A model generated the notes under the pieces. It was not told where the DNA came from and searched no databases. It saw only the letters and a program-made list of their open reading frames with translations. A program made the translations under genes and the position numbers. From NCBI GenBank assembly GCA_965655095.1, contig OZ296653.1, forward strand, positions 9,920,001-9,984,000: 64,000 nt of DNA, read 5' to 3'. Origin of the DNA: Haplodiscus bocki. Lineage: Eukaryota. Positions 29,395 through 44,500 of this stretch are shown here, piece after piece (the first letter of the stretch is position 1; every line of letters starts with the position of its first letter).

Positions 29395-31559
29395 AATCTT
29401 AGACTTCTGCCCAAACTGCTTTCATTAATTATTTTCATTCACATAGCTCAGGCTAATACCCGCCAAGGCAGTTTGGACAAAGGCAATTTCTTCAATGAAG
29501 AAACAAAAATCCTCTTGGCAGAGAAATTTATCAATGTCCAATTTTTGGTCCCATTCCCACGCTTTGAAATGACCCTTAATTCGAGTGTTGACCAAATTGC
29601 ACAGTCACTCCAAATTATGTGGCAAACCCCAACTTTTTTCTGCTATCTCAACTTCACAAATACAAGTGAAATAGATTTCAAAATGGATTGGCTCCTCAAA
29701 GAAACAAAAAAGGAAATTTCTTTTGCACAAGCTGGGCTGCTAAAAATCAAGAGTGACGTAGAATCATTCCTAAAGGGTACGCAAGCGAACAGAAGGACCC
29801 GGAAAAAACGAGCACTTCCGTTAGCAGCCGCAGCGGTAAGCGCAATCGGTTTATTCGGAGGTGGCATCATGTTTGGCTCTGGAGACTGCGGTATTATGGG
29901 TATTTTTGGCTCGTGTCAGGAGAAGGCAAAACAGAATGCACAGAATAATGAAAAACTGGGAGAATACGCGATATCTTTGGGTCAAAATATTCAACAGCTG
30001 GCAAACGCAACGGATGCCAAGTTTTTCCGAGTATCAAAGGAACTAGAGATGTTACATGGCATTCAAAGACAAATCGTAGAGACCCAAAATTAAAACCGGA
30101 GAACAATAGAAAAACAGTTCGACGCGTTTCAACAAAACATCCACGAGATGAGAAACTGTGATCAATGACTCTATACAAGACAAGTGAACTTGAACTTTGA
30201 TACCATCTCATCATTCTTGTCCTTGATTCACAGTAATGTCAAGTCCTACAGAGCAGCACTGTATGCATTCCAAATGAACATCATGAACGCCATACCCTCC
30301 TTACTGACCCAATATGTGCCGAACTCTTTGTTACCGAAAGAATCCCTGGAAATTATTCTGCAGCAGGTGGCCACAGAACAGCTACAATCACGTGATAGAT
30401 TAACTTTGGCAATTCCCCTCGATGAGCTTCTGGCGTATTATGACGCGAGATTACTCATAGACGTCCTAACAGACAATAGCTTGCTGATGACGATGTCAAC
30501 TCCACTAGCATCCCGCCAAACAGTTTTCACGGCCTACAAAGCAATAGTGGTCCCCATGCCACAATTGGAAAAAGAGTATGCAATCCAGTGGACTGTAGAA
30601 ACGGAGTACATCGCCATATCAGAAGATCTCAGAGAAACAGCATTGGTCACACGTGATCAATTGGGAAAATTTATCGGATCCAACAAATATAAGATTTGTC
30701 ACGAATCGACGGCGACCGACACACCGGATGCGCCATGCTTGGCAGTACTGTATTTTGGAAACGTTATGGACGCAATTGAAGTTTGCGACACTGAAGCTGT
30801 GACACTCCCTCTAAAGGAAAAAGCAACGAACCTAGGTTATGGAATATGGCTCAGAAGCTCAACTTCACCCAATTTCAAGTTTCGAGAATCCTATATGAAT
30901 GCAACAACGACAGCAGGATCCACAATGGCCGATCGTTGTCAGATATGCCTGGTTAGCCTAAGCTGTGGCAAACAACTGATCGGTTCCAACGTTAGAATCA
31001 GATCTGATCTAGGCACCTGTATGACAGTTCCACCACTGAAACTAAATGTAACACAGCCGGAACCAATGACACGACTATTCAGCCTCATCGCAACAGTGGA
31101 CCAGCTTCCTCACTACAACACACGCGTGGAAGTGAATATTCAACTGCTGAACTCTTGAAACTGGAACTACAACCCCAACCGGATCACTCATACCTTTCAG
31201 ATTTGAACTATATTGCACAACCAATTGCACAAAAATTTACAGCACTGAAGCCGTTCCTGCAGAAACAGCTCAACAACTATCTGTCCTGGAAAATTCACCT
31301 TGCAATTGGCTTGGTAGTGTTCCTTGTTAGTACAACACTACACCTGGGTGTTACTTATGCATTACATAGATACAAGAAACTACATAAAGTTCTACCGTTC
31401 TCCCATAAACTGGACAAACGGAAGGTGCCATTGAAATCGATCATGATGGTGGAAGACCAACATCTGGAAGGACTGGCGAACGATGAGAAATTTCCGTGGA
31501 GAAACGAAACAAAATTTGCTGATCCCCAAATCCCAATTAAGAGAAACAAGAAACCCTGA
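29395..31559 (+). pseudogene. env: env remnant of element 2 (F-like fusion protein)
   Basis: tttcag acceptor then signal-like NLRLLPKLLSLIIFIHIAQA; RTRKKR|ALPLAAAAVSAIGLFGGG; TM IHLAIGLVVFLVSTTLHLGVTY; contains stops and a frameshift. Confidence 0.85.
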
Positions 31560-31691
31560 ACCCGATGCCCCAATATACTCGCAACTCAAAAGGCAACTAC
31601 GAACAGGGCAAACTTGAAAGAAAAAACTACTCACTTGATGGACATACCAAGGAACATTTCAAACCAGCGAGTTGAATAGTTAAAGTCGGCT

Positions 31692-32137
31692 AGTGAAATA
31701 TTTTTGAAAATTAAAATGTATTACTCTAATTGGAGCTAAGTAATATCAATCCTCACTAAACAATTTAACCCTAAATTGGAGCTATGATTATTTAATCTTA
31801 CAAAAAAACCCACCCCGGAACGCAAATTGTAATTTCCGGAACAACGAAAAAGCAATAGAATTAAAATATGGCCTACCCCCTAAATACACGCATGAGTAGT
31901 TTTTTTTAAAAAAAAACATATTGGAAAATTTCCTCATGACAGGAAACAATAAAGTGAAGTAAATAAAAGATTGATGACGATAAATTGGCGACAAGAAAAA
32001 TTTGGGCCTCTATTGAATAGATGACTGTAAAGGATCGACAAAAAATTCTTTTCTGTAAAGTCTTCCTCACGCCCCGCTCTGAAGAAAGCTAGAAGAAAAG
32101 ATCTCAGAATTGGTAGAAAAACCCAAGGAGTTTCACA
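31692..32137 (+). repeat. 3' LTR of element 2
   Basis: Aligns to 22606-23047; ends acccaaggagtttcaca. Confidence 0.9.
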
Positions 32138-32589
32138 ATTGTTAAAATAGTTCTGAGATTGTCGAGTTGAAAAGTGAGGAAAAATTAACAATTGCCCCTG
32201 CATATTTGAATATGGGCGTCTAAACCCGCCCAAAACTTATTCCTTCAAAAAAAGATTTTGCGAGAGTATCTTTCAAAATTAACATCCTTTACCGGCCAAA
32301 TACTGGATGCATCAAAATTTACTCCTGCAAAAATTTCCTACACAATTTCAACGCCAAATTCAAGCAGTGGAGCGAGACAGTGAAGTGCAAGTGGGAAAAT
32401 GGAAAACAACTTCAGCGAAACATCCAGTTTGATATCATACAATTTGATAGTTGTAAACAGTCAAAAAAAGTACCGCCGTATTCATATCCATGACACTTGC
32501 TATCGCAAGTATAACACATAGGCAAAGCAAAGCTTTGCAAAAAAAGACTTTTTATCACTCATAAAAAAATTTGTCGACGTGGTTACATC

Positions 32590-35500
32590 AGAACTAACGA
32601 ATGCCAGCAAACTTGAGATTAAAAAGGCTGTAGATTCGAAAAACAACAGAGGATACCCTGCTAGTAATTAAAACTTCCAATTTTTGGTTGATGCATGGGC
32701 AATGAACGATGAATTAATCGTTAGCGAGAACGCAGCAAAAGTGAAGCGGATCAATTTTCAGAAAACATGTAAAGATGTTTGATTGAAAAGACAATGGGAA
32801 TACCACCTCTGTCACCCTGACCAGCTTTTAGGTATGAGAAATGAGAAATCGAGGAAATGCTATAGGGACGAAAGTGATTAAAAAACGTTTCTGACGAAAG
32901 ACTAAGAAGAGAACTTTTTAGATTGGCCTATGACAAGCAAAACTGTTTTCCCCGAATACTATGCGCCAGACCATCCCAGCTCTTTAATGGATCCTCCGAG
33001 CAGTGACTAATTTGTTGAGCATGAATTGACATTAGACCTTTAGTTTTCCAAGGAAAGCGCCTTCGAGGAACGAAAGTAACAAACCTCATCCATTCTACAA
33101 AAACCAGTAAAAAATTCCTTCGCCATAAAAGTAGGCAAAGACAATCCCTAACGCGTATTAGATGCTACAGGACGCGAGTTCAGTCAGCACTTGGGTGGAA
33201 CTAATCCGAACAAAAATTCTCGAGGAAAAACTAATGAATGACTTAACAAAACAAAGGTACACAAATTACGGTTATTCACGAAAAAAACGATCACGGATCT
33301 TGAGAGAAGCCCCTGCTAGCATCGAATAGTTGCATAGCATAAAACGGACCCAATCCGAACATTAGTCAACAAGATAACTTTTAACGAACGGTATAAACAA
33401 CATCTTCTTTCTACCACTTGAAAGTGACGATAATCGGTAGAAAAATTGAAAACAGACAATGCTGGCAGCTCATCAGAAGCTAAAAGTAGCGAGTAGCTGA
33501 ATCATCACTGGATAAAAACAATTCAAACATTAGTCATCAAGAGCAAGGTTTGACGAAGTCTTCGATTTTTCAAACAAGTTCCTGAAACTGACTAGCAGAA
33601 GAGGCCACAGAAGTGGAACAAGACTATCCCAGCTGCTCATCAGAAAAGTCAGGAAGCGAGTAGTTGAGATAGCACTGGGTGGCACCAATCCGCAAAGCAG
33701 TTAAAAAACAAAGCCGCCTAAGGCGGATAGGACTTCGGAAAAATTTTGGGATAACTAAAGAATTTTTGCGTAAAAGCTGTGCTTACACGGGCCACAATTC
33801 ATCCCACCAAATTATTCTCAATGACAAATTCATCAAGCAAGAAGACTACGATAGCTTGTGAAAAACTAACTGGAAGCTGTCTTTCAAAAGGACGTTCAGA
33901 AAATGCGCTAATGAATACCAGCAAAATGGAGATTAAAATGGCTGTACATATAAAAACTAACAGAGGATACCCTGCTAGTAATTAAAACTTCCAATTTTTG
34001 GTTGATGCATGGGCAATGAACGATGATGAATTAATCGTTAGCGAGAACGCAGCAAAAGTGAAGCGAATCAATTTTCAGAAAACATGTAAAGATGTTTGAT
34101 TGAAACGACAATGGGAATACCACCTCTGTCACCCTGACCAGCTTTTAGGTATGAGAAAAGAGAAATCGAGGAAATGCTATATGGACGAAAGTGATTAAAA
34201 AACGTTTCTGACGAAAGACTAAGAAGAGAACTTCTTAGATTGGCCTATGACAAGCAAAACTGCTTTCCCCGAAAACTATGCGTCAGACCATGCCAGCTCT
34301 TTAATGGATCCTCTGAGCAGTGACTAATTTGTTGAGCATGAATTGACATTAGACATTTAGTTTTCCAAGAAAAGCGCCTTCGAGGAACGAAAATAACAAA
34401 CCTCATCCATTCTACAAAAACCAGTAAAAAATTCCTTCGCCATAAAAGTTGGCAACGACAATCCCTAACGCGTATTAGATGCTACAGGACGCGAGTTTAG
34501 TCAGCACTTGGGTGGAACCAATCCGAACAAAAATTCTCGAGGAAAAACTAATTAATGACTTAACAAAACAAAGGTACACAAATTACGGTTATTCACGAAA
34601 ACGATCACGGATCTTGAGAGAAGCTCCTGCTAGCATCGAATAGTTGCATAGCACAAAACGGACCCAATCCGAACATTAGTCAACAAGATAACTTTTAACA
34701 AACGGTATAAACAACATCTTCTTTCTACCACTTGAAAGTGACGATAATCGGTAGAAAAATTGAAAACAGACAATGCTGGCAGCTCATCAGAAGCTAAAAG
34801 TAGCGAGTAGCTGAATCATCAGTGGATAAAAACAATTCAAACATCAGTCATCAAGAGCAACGTTTGACGAAGTCTTCGATTTTTCAAACAAGTTCCTAAA
34901 ACTGACTAGCAGAAGAGGCCACAGAAGTGGAACAAGACTATCCCAGCTGCTCATCAGAAAAGTCAGGAAGCGAGTAGTTGATATAGCACTGGGTGGCACC
35001 AATCCGCAAAGCAGATATAAAACAAAGCCGCCTAAGGCGGATAGGACTTCGGAAAAAATTTGGGATAACTAAAGAACTTTTGCGTATAAGCTGTGCTTAC
35101 AGGGGCCACAATTCATCCCACCAAATTATTCTCAATGAGAAATTCGTCAAGCAAGAAGACTATGATAGCTTATGAAAAACTAACTGGAAGCTGTCTTTCA
35201 AAAGGACGTTCAGAAAATGCGCTAATGAATACCAGCAAAATGGAGATTAAAATGGCTGTACATATAAAAACTAACAGAGGATACCCTGCTAGTAATTAAA
35301 ACTTCCAATTTTTGGTTGATGCATGGGCAATGAACGATGATGAATTAATCGTTAGCGAGAACGCAGCAAAAGTGAAGCGAATCAATTTTCAGAAAACATG
35401 TAAAGATGTTTGATTGAAACGCAAATGGGAATACCACCTCTGTCACCCTGACCAGCTTTTAGGTATGAGAAAAGAGAAATCGAGGAAATGCTATATGGAC

Positions 35501-38500
35501 GAAAGTGATTAAAAAACGTTTCTGACGAAAGACTAAGAAGAGAACTTCTTAGATTGGCCTATGACAAGCAAAACTGTTTTCCCTGAAAACTATGCGTCAG
35601 ACCATCCCAGCTTTTTAATGGATCCTCCGAGCAGTGACTAATTTGTTGAGCATAAATTGACATCAGACCTTTCCAAGAAAAGCGCCTTCGAGGAACGAAA
35701 GTAACAAACCTCATCCATTCTACAAAAACCAGTAAAAAATTCCTTCGCCATAAAAGTAGGCAAAGACAATTCCTAACGCGTATTAGATGCTACAGGACGC
35801 GAGTTCAGTCAGCACTTGGGTGGAACTAATTCGAACAAAAATTCTCGGGGAAAAACTAATGAATGACTTAACAAAACAAAGGTACACAAATTACGGTTAT
35901 TCACGAAAAAAACGATCACGGATCTTGAGAGAAGCTCCTGCTAGCATCGAATAGTTGCATAGCATAAAACGGACCCAATCCGAACATTAGTCAACAAGAT
36001 AACTTTTAACGAACGGTATAAACAACATCTTCTTTCTACCACTTGAAAGTGACGATAATCGGTAGAAAAATTGAAAACAGACAATGCTGGCAGCTCATCA
36101 GAAGCTAAAAGTAGCGAGTAGCTGAATCATCACTGGATAAAAACAATTCAAACATTAGTCATCAAGAGCAAGGTTTGACGAAGTCTTCGATTTTTCAAAC
36201 AAGTTCCTAAAACTGACTAGTAGAAGGGGCCACAGAAGTGGAACAAGACTATCCCAGCTGCTCATCAGAAAAGTCAGGAAGCGAGTAGTTGAGATAGCAC
36301 TGGGTGGCACCAATCTGGAAAGCAGTTAAAAAACAAAGCCGCCTAAGGCGGATAGGACTTCGGAAAAAATTTGGGATAACTAAAGAACTTTTGCGTATAA
36401 GCTGTGCTTACAGGGGCCACAATTCATCCGACCAAATTATTCTCAATGACAAATTCATCAAGCGAGAAGACTACGATAGCTTATGAAAAACTAACTGGAA
36501 GCTGTCTTTCAAAAGGACGTTCAAAAAATGCGCTAATGAATACCAGCAAAATGGAGATTAGAATGGCTGTACATATAAAAACTAACAGAGGATACCCTGC
36601 TAGTAATTAAAACTTCCAATTTTTGGTTGATGCATGGGCAATGAACGATGATGAATTAATCGTTAGCGAGAACGCAGCAAAAGTGAAGCGAATCAATTTT
36701 CAGAAAACATGTAAAGATGTTTGATTGAAACGACAATGGGAATACCACTGTCACCCTGACCAACTTTTAGGTATGAGAAAAGAGAAATCGAGGAAAAGCT
36801 AAATGGACGAAAGTGATTAAAAAACGTTTCTGACGAAAGACTAAGAAGAGAACTTCTTAGATTGGCCTATGACAAGCAATACTGCTTTCCCCGAAAACTA
36901 TGCGTCAGACCATCCCAGCTCTTTAATGGATCCTCTGAGCAGTGACTAATTTGTTGAGCCAGAATTGACATTAGACATTTAGTTTTCCAAGAAAAGCGCC
37001 TTCGAGGAACGAAAGTAACAAACCTCATCCATTCTACAAAAACCAGTAAAAAATTCCTTCGCCAAAAAAGTTGGCAACGACAATCCGTAACACGTATTAG
37101 ATGCTACAGGACGCGAGTTTAGTCAGCACTTGGGTGGAACCAATCCGAACAAAAATTCTCGAGGAAAAACTAATTAATGACTTAACAAAACAAAGGTACA
37201 CAAATTACGGTTATTCACGAAAACGATCACGGATCTTGAGAGAAGCTCCTGCTAGCATCGAATAGTTGCATAGCACAAAACGGACCCAATCCGAACAATA
37301 GTCAACAAGATAACTTTTAACAAACGGTATAAACAACATCTTCTTTCTACCACTTGAAAGTGACGATAATCGGTAGAAAAATTGAAAACAGACAATGCTG
37401 GCAGCTCATCAGAAGCTAAAAGTAGCGAGTAGCTGAATCATCACTGGATAAAAACAATTCAAACATTACTCATCAAGAGCAACGTTTGACGAAGTCTTCG
37501 ATTTTTCAAACAAGTTCCTAAAACTGACTAGCAGAAGAGGCCACAGAAGTGGAACAAGACTATCCCAGCTGCTCATCAGAAAAGTCAGGAAGCGAGTAGT
37601 TGAGATAGCACTGGGTGGCACCAAACCGCAAAGCAGTTAAAAAACAAAGCCGCCTAAGGCGGATAGGACTTCGGAAAAACTTTGGGATAACTAAAGAACT
37701 TTTGCGTATAAGCTGTGCTTACAGGGGCCACAATTCATCCCACCAAATTATTCTCAATGAGAAATTCGTCAAGCAAGAAGACTATGATAGCTTATGAAAA
37801 ACTAACTGGAAGCTGTCTTTCAAAAGGACGTTCAAAAAATGCGCTAATGAATACCAGCAAAATGGAGATTAGAATGGCTGTACATATAAAAACTAACAGA
37901 GGATACCCTGCTAGTAATTAAAACTTCCAATTTTTGGTTGATGCATGGGCAATGAACGATGATGAATTAATCGTTAGCGAGAACGCAGCAAAAGTGAAGC
38001 GAATCAATTTTCAGAAAACATGTAAAGATGTTTGATTGAAACGACAATCGGAATACCACCTCCGTCACCCTGACCAGCTTTTAGGTATGAGAAAAGAGAA
38101 ATCGAGGAAAAGCTAAATGGACGAAAGTGATTAAAAAACGTTTCTGACGAAAGACTAAGAAGAGAACTTCTTAGATTGGCCTATGACAAGCAAAACTGCT
38201 TTCCCCGAAAACTATGCGTCAGACCATCCCAGCTCTTTAATGGATCCTCCGAGCAGTGACTAATTTGTTGAGCATGAATTGACATTAGACCCTTAGTTTT
38301 CCAAGAAAAGCGCCTTCGAGGAACGAAAGTAACAAACCTCATCCATTCTACAAAAACCAGTAAAAAATTCCTTCGCCAAAAAAGTTGGCAACGACAATCC
38401 GTAACACGTATTAGATGCTACAGGACGCGAGTTTAGTCAGCACTTGGGTGGAACCAATCCGAACAAAAATTCTCGAGGAAAAACTAATTAATGACTTAAC

Positions 38501-41500
38501 AAAACAAAGGTACACAAATTACGGTTATTCACGAAAACGATCACGGATCTTGAGAGAAGCTCCTGCTAGCATCGAATAGTTGCATAGCACAAAACGGACC
38601 CAATCCGAACAATAGTCAACAAGATAACTTTTAACAAACGGTATAAACAACATCTTCTTTCTACCACTTGAAAGTGACGATAATCGGTAGAAAAATTGAA
38701 AACAGACAATGCTGGCAGCTCATCAGAAGCTAAAAGTAGCGAGTAGCTGAATCATCACTGGATAAAAACAATTCAAACATTACTCATCAAGAGCAACGTT
38801 TGACGAAGTCTTCGATTTTTCAAACAAGTTCCTAAAACTGACTAGCAGAAGAGGCCACAGAAGTGGAACAAGACTATCCCAGCTGCTCATCAGAAAAGTC
38901 AGGAAGCGAGTAGTTGAGATAGCACTGGGTGGCACCAATCCGCAAAGCAGTTAAAAAACAAAGCCGCCTAAGGCGGATAGGACTTCGGAAAAAATTTGGG
39001 ATAACTAAAGAACTTTTGCGCATAAGCTGTGCTTACAGGGGCCACAATTCATCCCACCAAATTATTCTCAATGAGAAATTCGTCAAGCAAGAAGACTATG
39101 ATAGCTTATGAAAAACTAACTGGAAGCTGTCTTTCAAAAGGACGTTCAAAAAATGCGCTAATGAATACCAGCAAAATGGAGATTAAAATGGCTGTACATA
39201 TAAAAACTAACAGAGGATAGATACCCTGCTAGTAATTAAAACTTCCAATTTTTGGTTGATGCATGGGCAATGAACGATGATGAATTAATCGTTAGCGAGA
39301 ACGCAGCAAAAGTGAAGCGAATCAATTTTCAGAAAACATGTAAAGATGTTTGATTGAAACGACAATCGGAATACCACCTCCGTCACCCTGACCAGCTTTT
39401 AGGTATGAGAAAAGAGAAATCGAGGAAAAGCTAAATGGACGAAAGTGATTAAAAAACGTTTCTGACGAAAGACTAAGAAGAGAACTTCTTAGATTGGCCT
39501 ATGACAAGCAAAACTGCTTTCCCCGAAAACTATGCGTCAGACCATCCCAGCTCTTTAATGGATCCTCCGAGCAGTGACTAATTTGTTGAGCATGAATTGA
39601 CATTAGACCCTTAGTTTTCCAAGAAAAGCGCCTTCGAGGAACGAAAGTAACAAACCTCATCCATTATACAAAAACCAGTAAAAAATTCCTTCGCCATAAA
39701 AGTAGGCAAAGACAATCCCTAACGCGTATTAGATGCTACAGGACGCGAGTTCAGTCAGCACTTGGGTGGAACTAATCCGAACAAAAATTCTCGAGGAAAA
39801 ACTAATGAATGACTTAACAAAACAAAGTTACACAAATTACGGTTATTCACGAAAAAAACGATCACGGATCTTGAGAGAAGCTCCTGCTAGCATCGAATAG
39901 TTGCATAGCATAAAACGGACCCAATCCGAACATTAGTCAACAAGATAACTTTTAACGAACGGTATAAACAACATCTTCTTTCTACCACTTGAAAGTGACG
40001 ATAATCGGTAGAAAAATTGAAAACAGACAATGCTGGCAGCTCATCAGAAGCTAAAAGTAGCGAGTAGCTGAATCATCACTGGATAAAAACAATTCAAACA
40101 TTACTCATCAAGAGCAACGTTTGACGAAGTCTTCGATTTTTCAAACAAGTTCCTAAAACTGACTAGCAGAAGAGGCCACAGAAGTGGAACAAGACTATCC
40201 CAGCTGCTCATCAGAAAAGTCAGGAAGCGAGTAGTTGAGATAGCACTGGGTGGCACCAAACCGCAAAGCAGTTAAAAAACAAAGCCGCCTAAGGCGGATA
40301 GGACTTCGGAAAAACTTTGGGATAACTAAAGAACTTTTGCGTATAAGCTGTGCTTACAGGGGCCACAATTCATCCCACCAAATTATTCTCAATGAGAAAT
40401 TCGTCAAGCAAGAAGACTATGATAGCTTATGAAAAACTAACTGGAAGCTGTCTTTCAAAAGGACGTTCAAAAAATGCGCTAATGAATACCAGCAAAATGG
40501 AGATTAAAATGGCTGTACATATAAAAACTAACAGAGATTACCCTGCTAGTAATTAAAACTTCCAACTTTTGGTTGATGCATGGGCAAGGAACGATGATGA
40601 TTTAATCGGTAGCGAGAACGCAGCAAAAGTGAAGCGAATCAATTTTCAGAAAACATGTAAAGATGTTTGATTGAAACGACAATGGGAATACCACCTCTGT
40701 CACCCTGACCAGCTTTTAGATATGAGAAAAGAGAAATCGAGGAAATGCTATATGGACGAGAGTGATTAAAAAACGTTTCTGCCGAAAGACTAAGAAGAGA
40801 ACTTCTTAGATTGGCCTATGACAAGCAAAACTGTTTTCCCCGAAAACTATGCGTCAGACCATCCCAGCTCTTTAATGGATCCTCCGAGCAGTGACTAAAT
40901 TGTTGAGCATGAATTGACATTAGACCTTTAGTTTTCCAAGGAAAGCGCCTTCGAAGAACGAAAGTAACAAACCTCATCCATTCTACAAAAACCAGTAAAA
41001 ATTCGTCCGCCATAAAATTTGGCAAAAACAATCCCTAACGCGTATTAGATGCTACAGGACGCGAAGTTAGTCAGCACTTGGGTGGAACCAATCCGAACAA
41101 AAATTCCCGAGGAAAAACTAATTAATGACTTGACAAAACAAAGGTACACAAATTACGGTTATTCACGAAAAAAACGATCACGGATCTTGAGAGAAGCTCC
41201 TGCTAGCATCGAATAGTTGCATAGCACAAAACGGACCCAATCCGAACATTAGTCAACAAGATAACTTTTAACGAACGGTATAAACATCTTCTTTCTACCA
41301 CTTGAAAGTGACGATAATCGGTAGAAAAATTGAAAACAGACAATGCTGGCAGCTCATCAGAAGCTAAAAGTAGCGAGTAGCTGAATCATCAATGGATAAA
41401 AACAATTCAAACATTAGTCATCAAGAGCAACGTTTGACGAAGTCTTCGATTTTTCAAACAAGTTCCTAAAACTGACTAGCAGAAGAGGCCACAGAAGTGG

Positions 41501-44500
41501 AACAAGACTATCCCAGCTGCTCATCAGAAAAGTCAGGAAGCGAGTAGTTGAGATAGCACTGGGTGGCACCAAACCGCAAAGCAGTTAAAAAACAAAGCCG
41601 CCTAAGGCCTATAGGACTTCGGAAAAACTTTGGGATAACTAAAGAACTTTTGCGTATAAGCTGTGCTTACAGGGGCCACAATTCATCCCACCAAATTATT
41701 CTCAATGAGAAATTCGTCAAGCAAGAAGACTACGATAGCTTATGAAAAACTAACTGGAAGCTGTCTTTCAAAAGGACGTTCAAAAATGCGCTAATGAATA
41801 CCAGCAAAATGGAGATTAAAATGGCTGTACATATAAAAACTAACAGAGGATAGATACCCTGCTAGTAATTAAAACTTCCAATTTTTGGTTGATGCATGGG
41901 CAATGAACGATGATGAATTAATCGTTAGCGAGAACGCAGCAAAAGTGAAGCGAATCAATTTTCAGAAAACATGTAAAGATGTTTGATTGAAACGACAATC
42001 GGAATACCACCTCTGTCACCCTGACCAGCTTTAAGGTATGAGAAAAGAGAAATCGAGGAAATGCTATATGGACGAAAGTGATTAAAAAACGTTTCTGACG
42101 AAAGACTAAGAAGAGAACTTCTTAGATTGGCCTATGACAAGCAAAACTGCTTTCCCCGAAAACTATGCGTCAGACCATACCAGCTCTTTAATGGATCCTC
42201 TGAGCAGTGACTAAATTGTTGAGCATGAATTGACATTAGACATTTAGTTTTCCAAGAAAAGCGCCTTCGAAGAACGAAAGTAACAAACCTCATCCATTCT
42301 ACAAAAACCAGTAAAAATTCGTCCGCCATAAAATTTGGCAAAAACAATCCCTAACGCGTATTAGATGCTACAGGACGCGAAGTTAGTCAGCACTTGGGTG
42401 GAACCAATCCGAACAAAAATTCCCGAGGAAAAACTAATTAATGACTTGACAAAACAAAGGTACACAAATTACGGTTATTCACGAAAAAAACGATCACGGA
42501 TCTTGAGAGAAGCTCCTGCTAGCATCGAATAGTTGCATAGCACAAAACGGACCCAATCCGAACATTAGTCAACAAGATAACTTTTAACGAACGGTATAAA
42601 CATCTTCTTTCTACCACTTGAAAGTGACGATAATCGGTAGAAAAATTGAAAACAGACAATGCTGGCAGCTCATCAGAAGCTAAAAGTAGCGAGTAGCTGA
42701 ATCATCAATGGATAAAAACAATTCAAACATTAGTCATCAAGAGCAACGTTTGACGAAGTCTTCGATTTTTCAAACAAGTTCCTAAAACTGACTAGCAGAA
42801 GAGGCCACAGAAGTGGAACAAGACTATCCCAGCTGCTCATCAGAAAAGTCAGGAAGCGAGTAGTTGAGATAGCACTGGGTGGCACCAAACCGCAAAGCAG
42901 TTAAAAAACAAAGCCGCCTAAGGCCTATAGGACTTCGGAAAAACTTTGGGATAACTAAAGAACTTTTGCGTATAAGCTGTGCTTACAGGGGCCACAATTC
43001 ATCCCACCAAATTATTCTCAATGAGAAATTCGTCAAGCAAGAAGACTACGATAGCTTATGAAAAACTAACTGGAAGCTGTCTTTCAAAAGGACGTTCAAA
43101 AATGCGCTAATGAATACCAGCAAAATGGAGATTAGAATGGCTGTACATATAAAAACTAACAGAGGATACCCTGCTAGTAATTAAAACTTCCAATTTTTGG
43201 TTGATGCATGGGCAATGAACGATGATGAATTAATCGTTAGCGAGAACGCAGCAAAAGTGAAGCGAATCAATTTTCAGAAAACATGTAAAGATGTTTGATT
43301 GAAACGACAATCGGAATACCACCTCCGTCACCCTGACCAGCTTTTAGGTATGAGAAAAGAGAAATCGAGGAAAAGCTAAATGGACGAAAGTGATTAAAAA
43401 ACGTTTCTGACGAAAGACTAAGAAGAGAACTTCTTAGATTGGCCTATGACAAGCAAAACTGCTTTCCCCGAAAACTATGCGTCAGACCATCCCAGCTCTT
43501 TAATGGATCCTCCGAGCAGTGACTAATTTGTTGAGCATGAATTGACATTAGACCCTTAGTTTTCCAAGAAAAGCGCCTTCGAGGAACGAAAGTAACAAAC
43601 CTCATCCATTATACAAAAACCAGTAAAAAATTCCTTCGCCATAAAAGTAGGCAAAGACAATCCCTAACGCGTATTAGATGCTACAGGACGCGAGTTCAGT
43701 CAGCACTTGGGTGGAACTAATCCGAACAAAAATTCTCGAGGAAAAACTAATGAATGACTTAACAAAACAAAGGTACACAAATTACGGTTATTCACGAAAA
43801 AAACGATCACGGATCTTGAGAGAAGCTCCTGCTAGCATCGAATAGTTGCATAGCATAAAACGGACCCAATCCGAACATTAGTCAACAAGATAACTTTTAA
43901 CGAACGGTATAAACAACATCTTCTTTCTACCACTTGAAAGTGACGATAATCGGTAGAAAAATTGAAAACAGACAATGCTGGCAGCTCATCAGAAGCTAAA
44001 AGTAGCGAGTAGCTGAATCATCACTGGATAAAAACAATTCAAACATTAGTCATCAAGAGCAACGTTTGACGAAGTCTTCGATTTTTCAAACAAGTTCCTA
44101 AAACTGACTAGCAGAAGAGGCCACAGAAGTGGAACAAGACTATCCCAGCTGCTCATCAGAAAAGTCAGGAAGAGAGTAGTTGAGATAGCACTGGGTGGCA
44201 CCAAACCGCAAAGCAGTTAAAAAACAAAGCCGCCTAAGGCGGATAGGACTTCGGAAAAACTTTGGGATAACTAAAGAACTTTTGCGTATAAGCTGTGCTT
44301 ACAGGGGCCACAATTCATCCCACCAAATTATTCTCAATGAGAAATTCGTCAAGCAAGAAGACTATGATAGCTTATGAAAAACTAACTGGAAGCTGTCTTT
44401 CAAAAGGACGTTCAAAAAATGCGCTAATGAATACCAGCAAAATGGAGATTAAAATGGCTGTACATATAAAAACTAACAGAGATTACCCTGCTAGTAATTA

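Larger units (their letters stand above)
22606..32137 (+). mobile_element. Older, decayed env-bearing Ty3/Gypsy element (element 2)
   Basis: Diverged LTRs, 5-bp TSD ATTGT (22601-22605, 32138-32142), PBS remnant, fragmented gag/pol/env. Confidence 0.93.

Noticed and set aside
32660-32700. Sm-site-like AATTTTTGG in each unit, suggesting an snRNA or SL RNA array
   Set aside because: Common in AT-rich DNA and no recognisable snRNA body; an Infernal/Rfam scan would settle it
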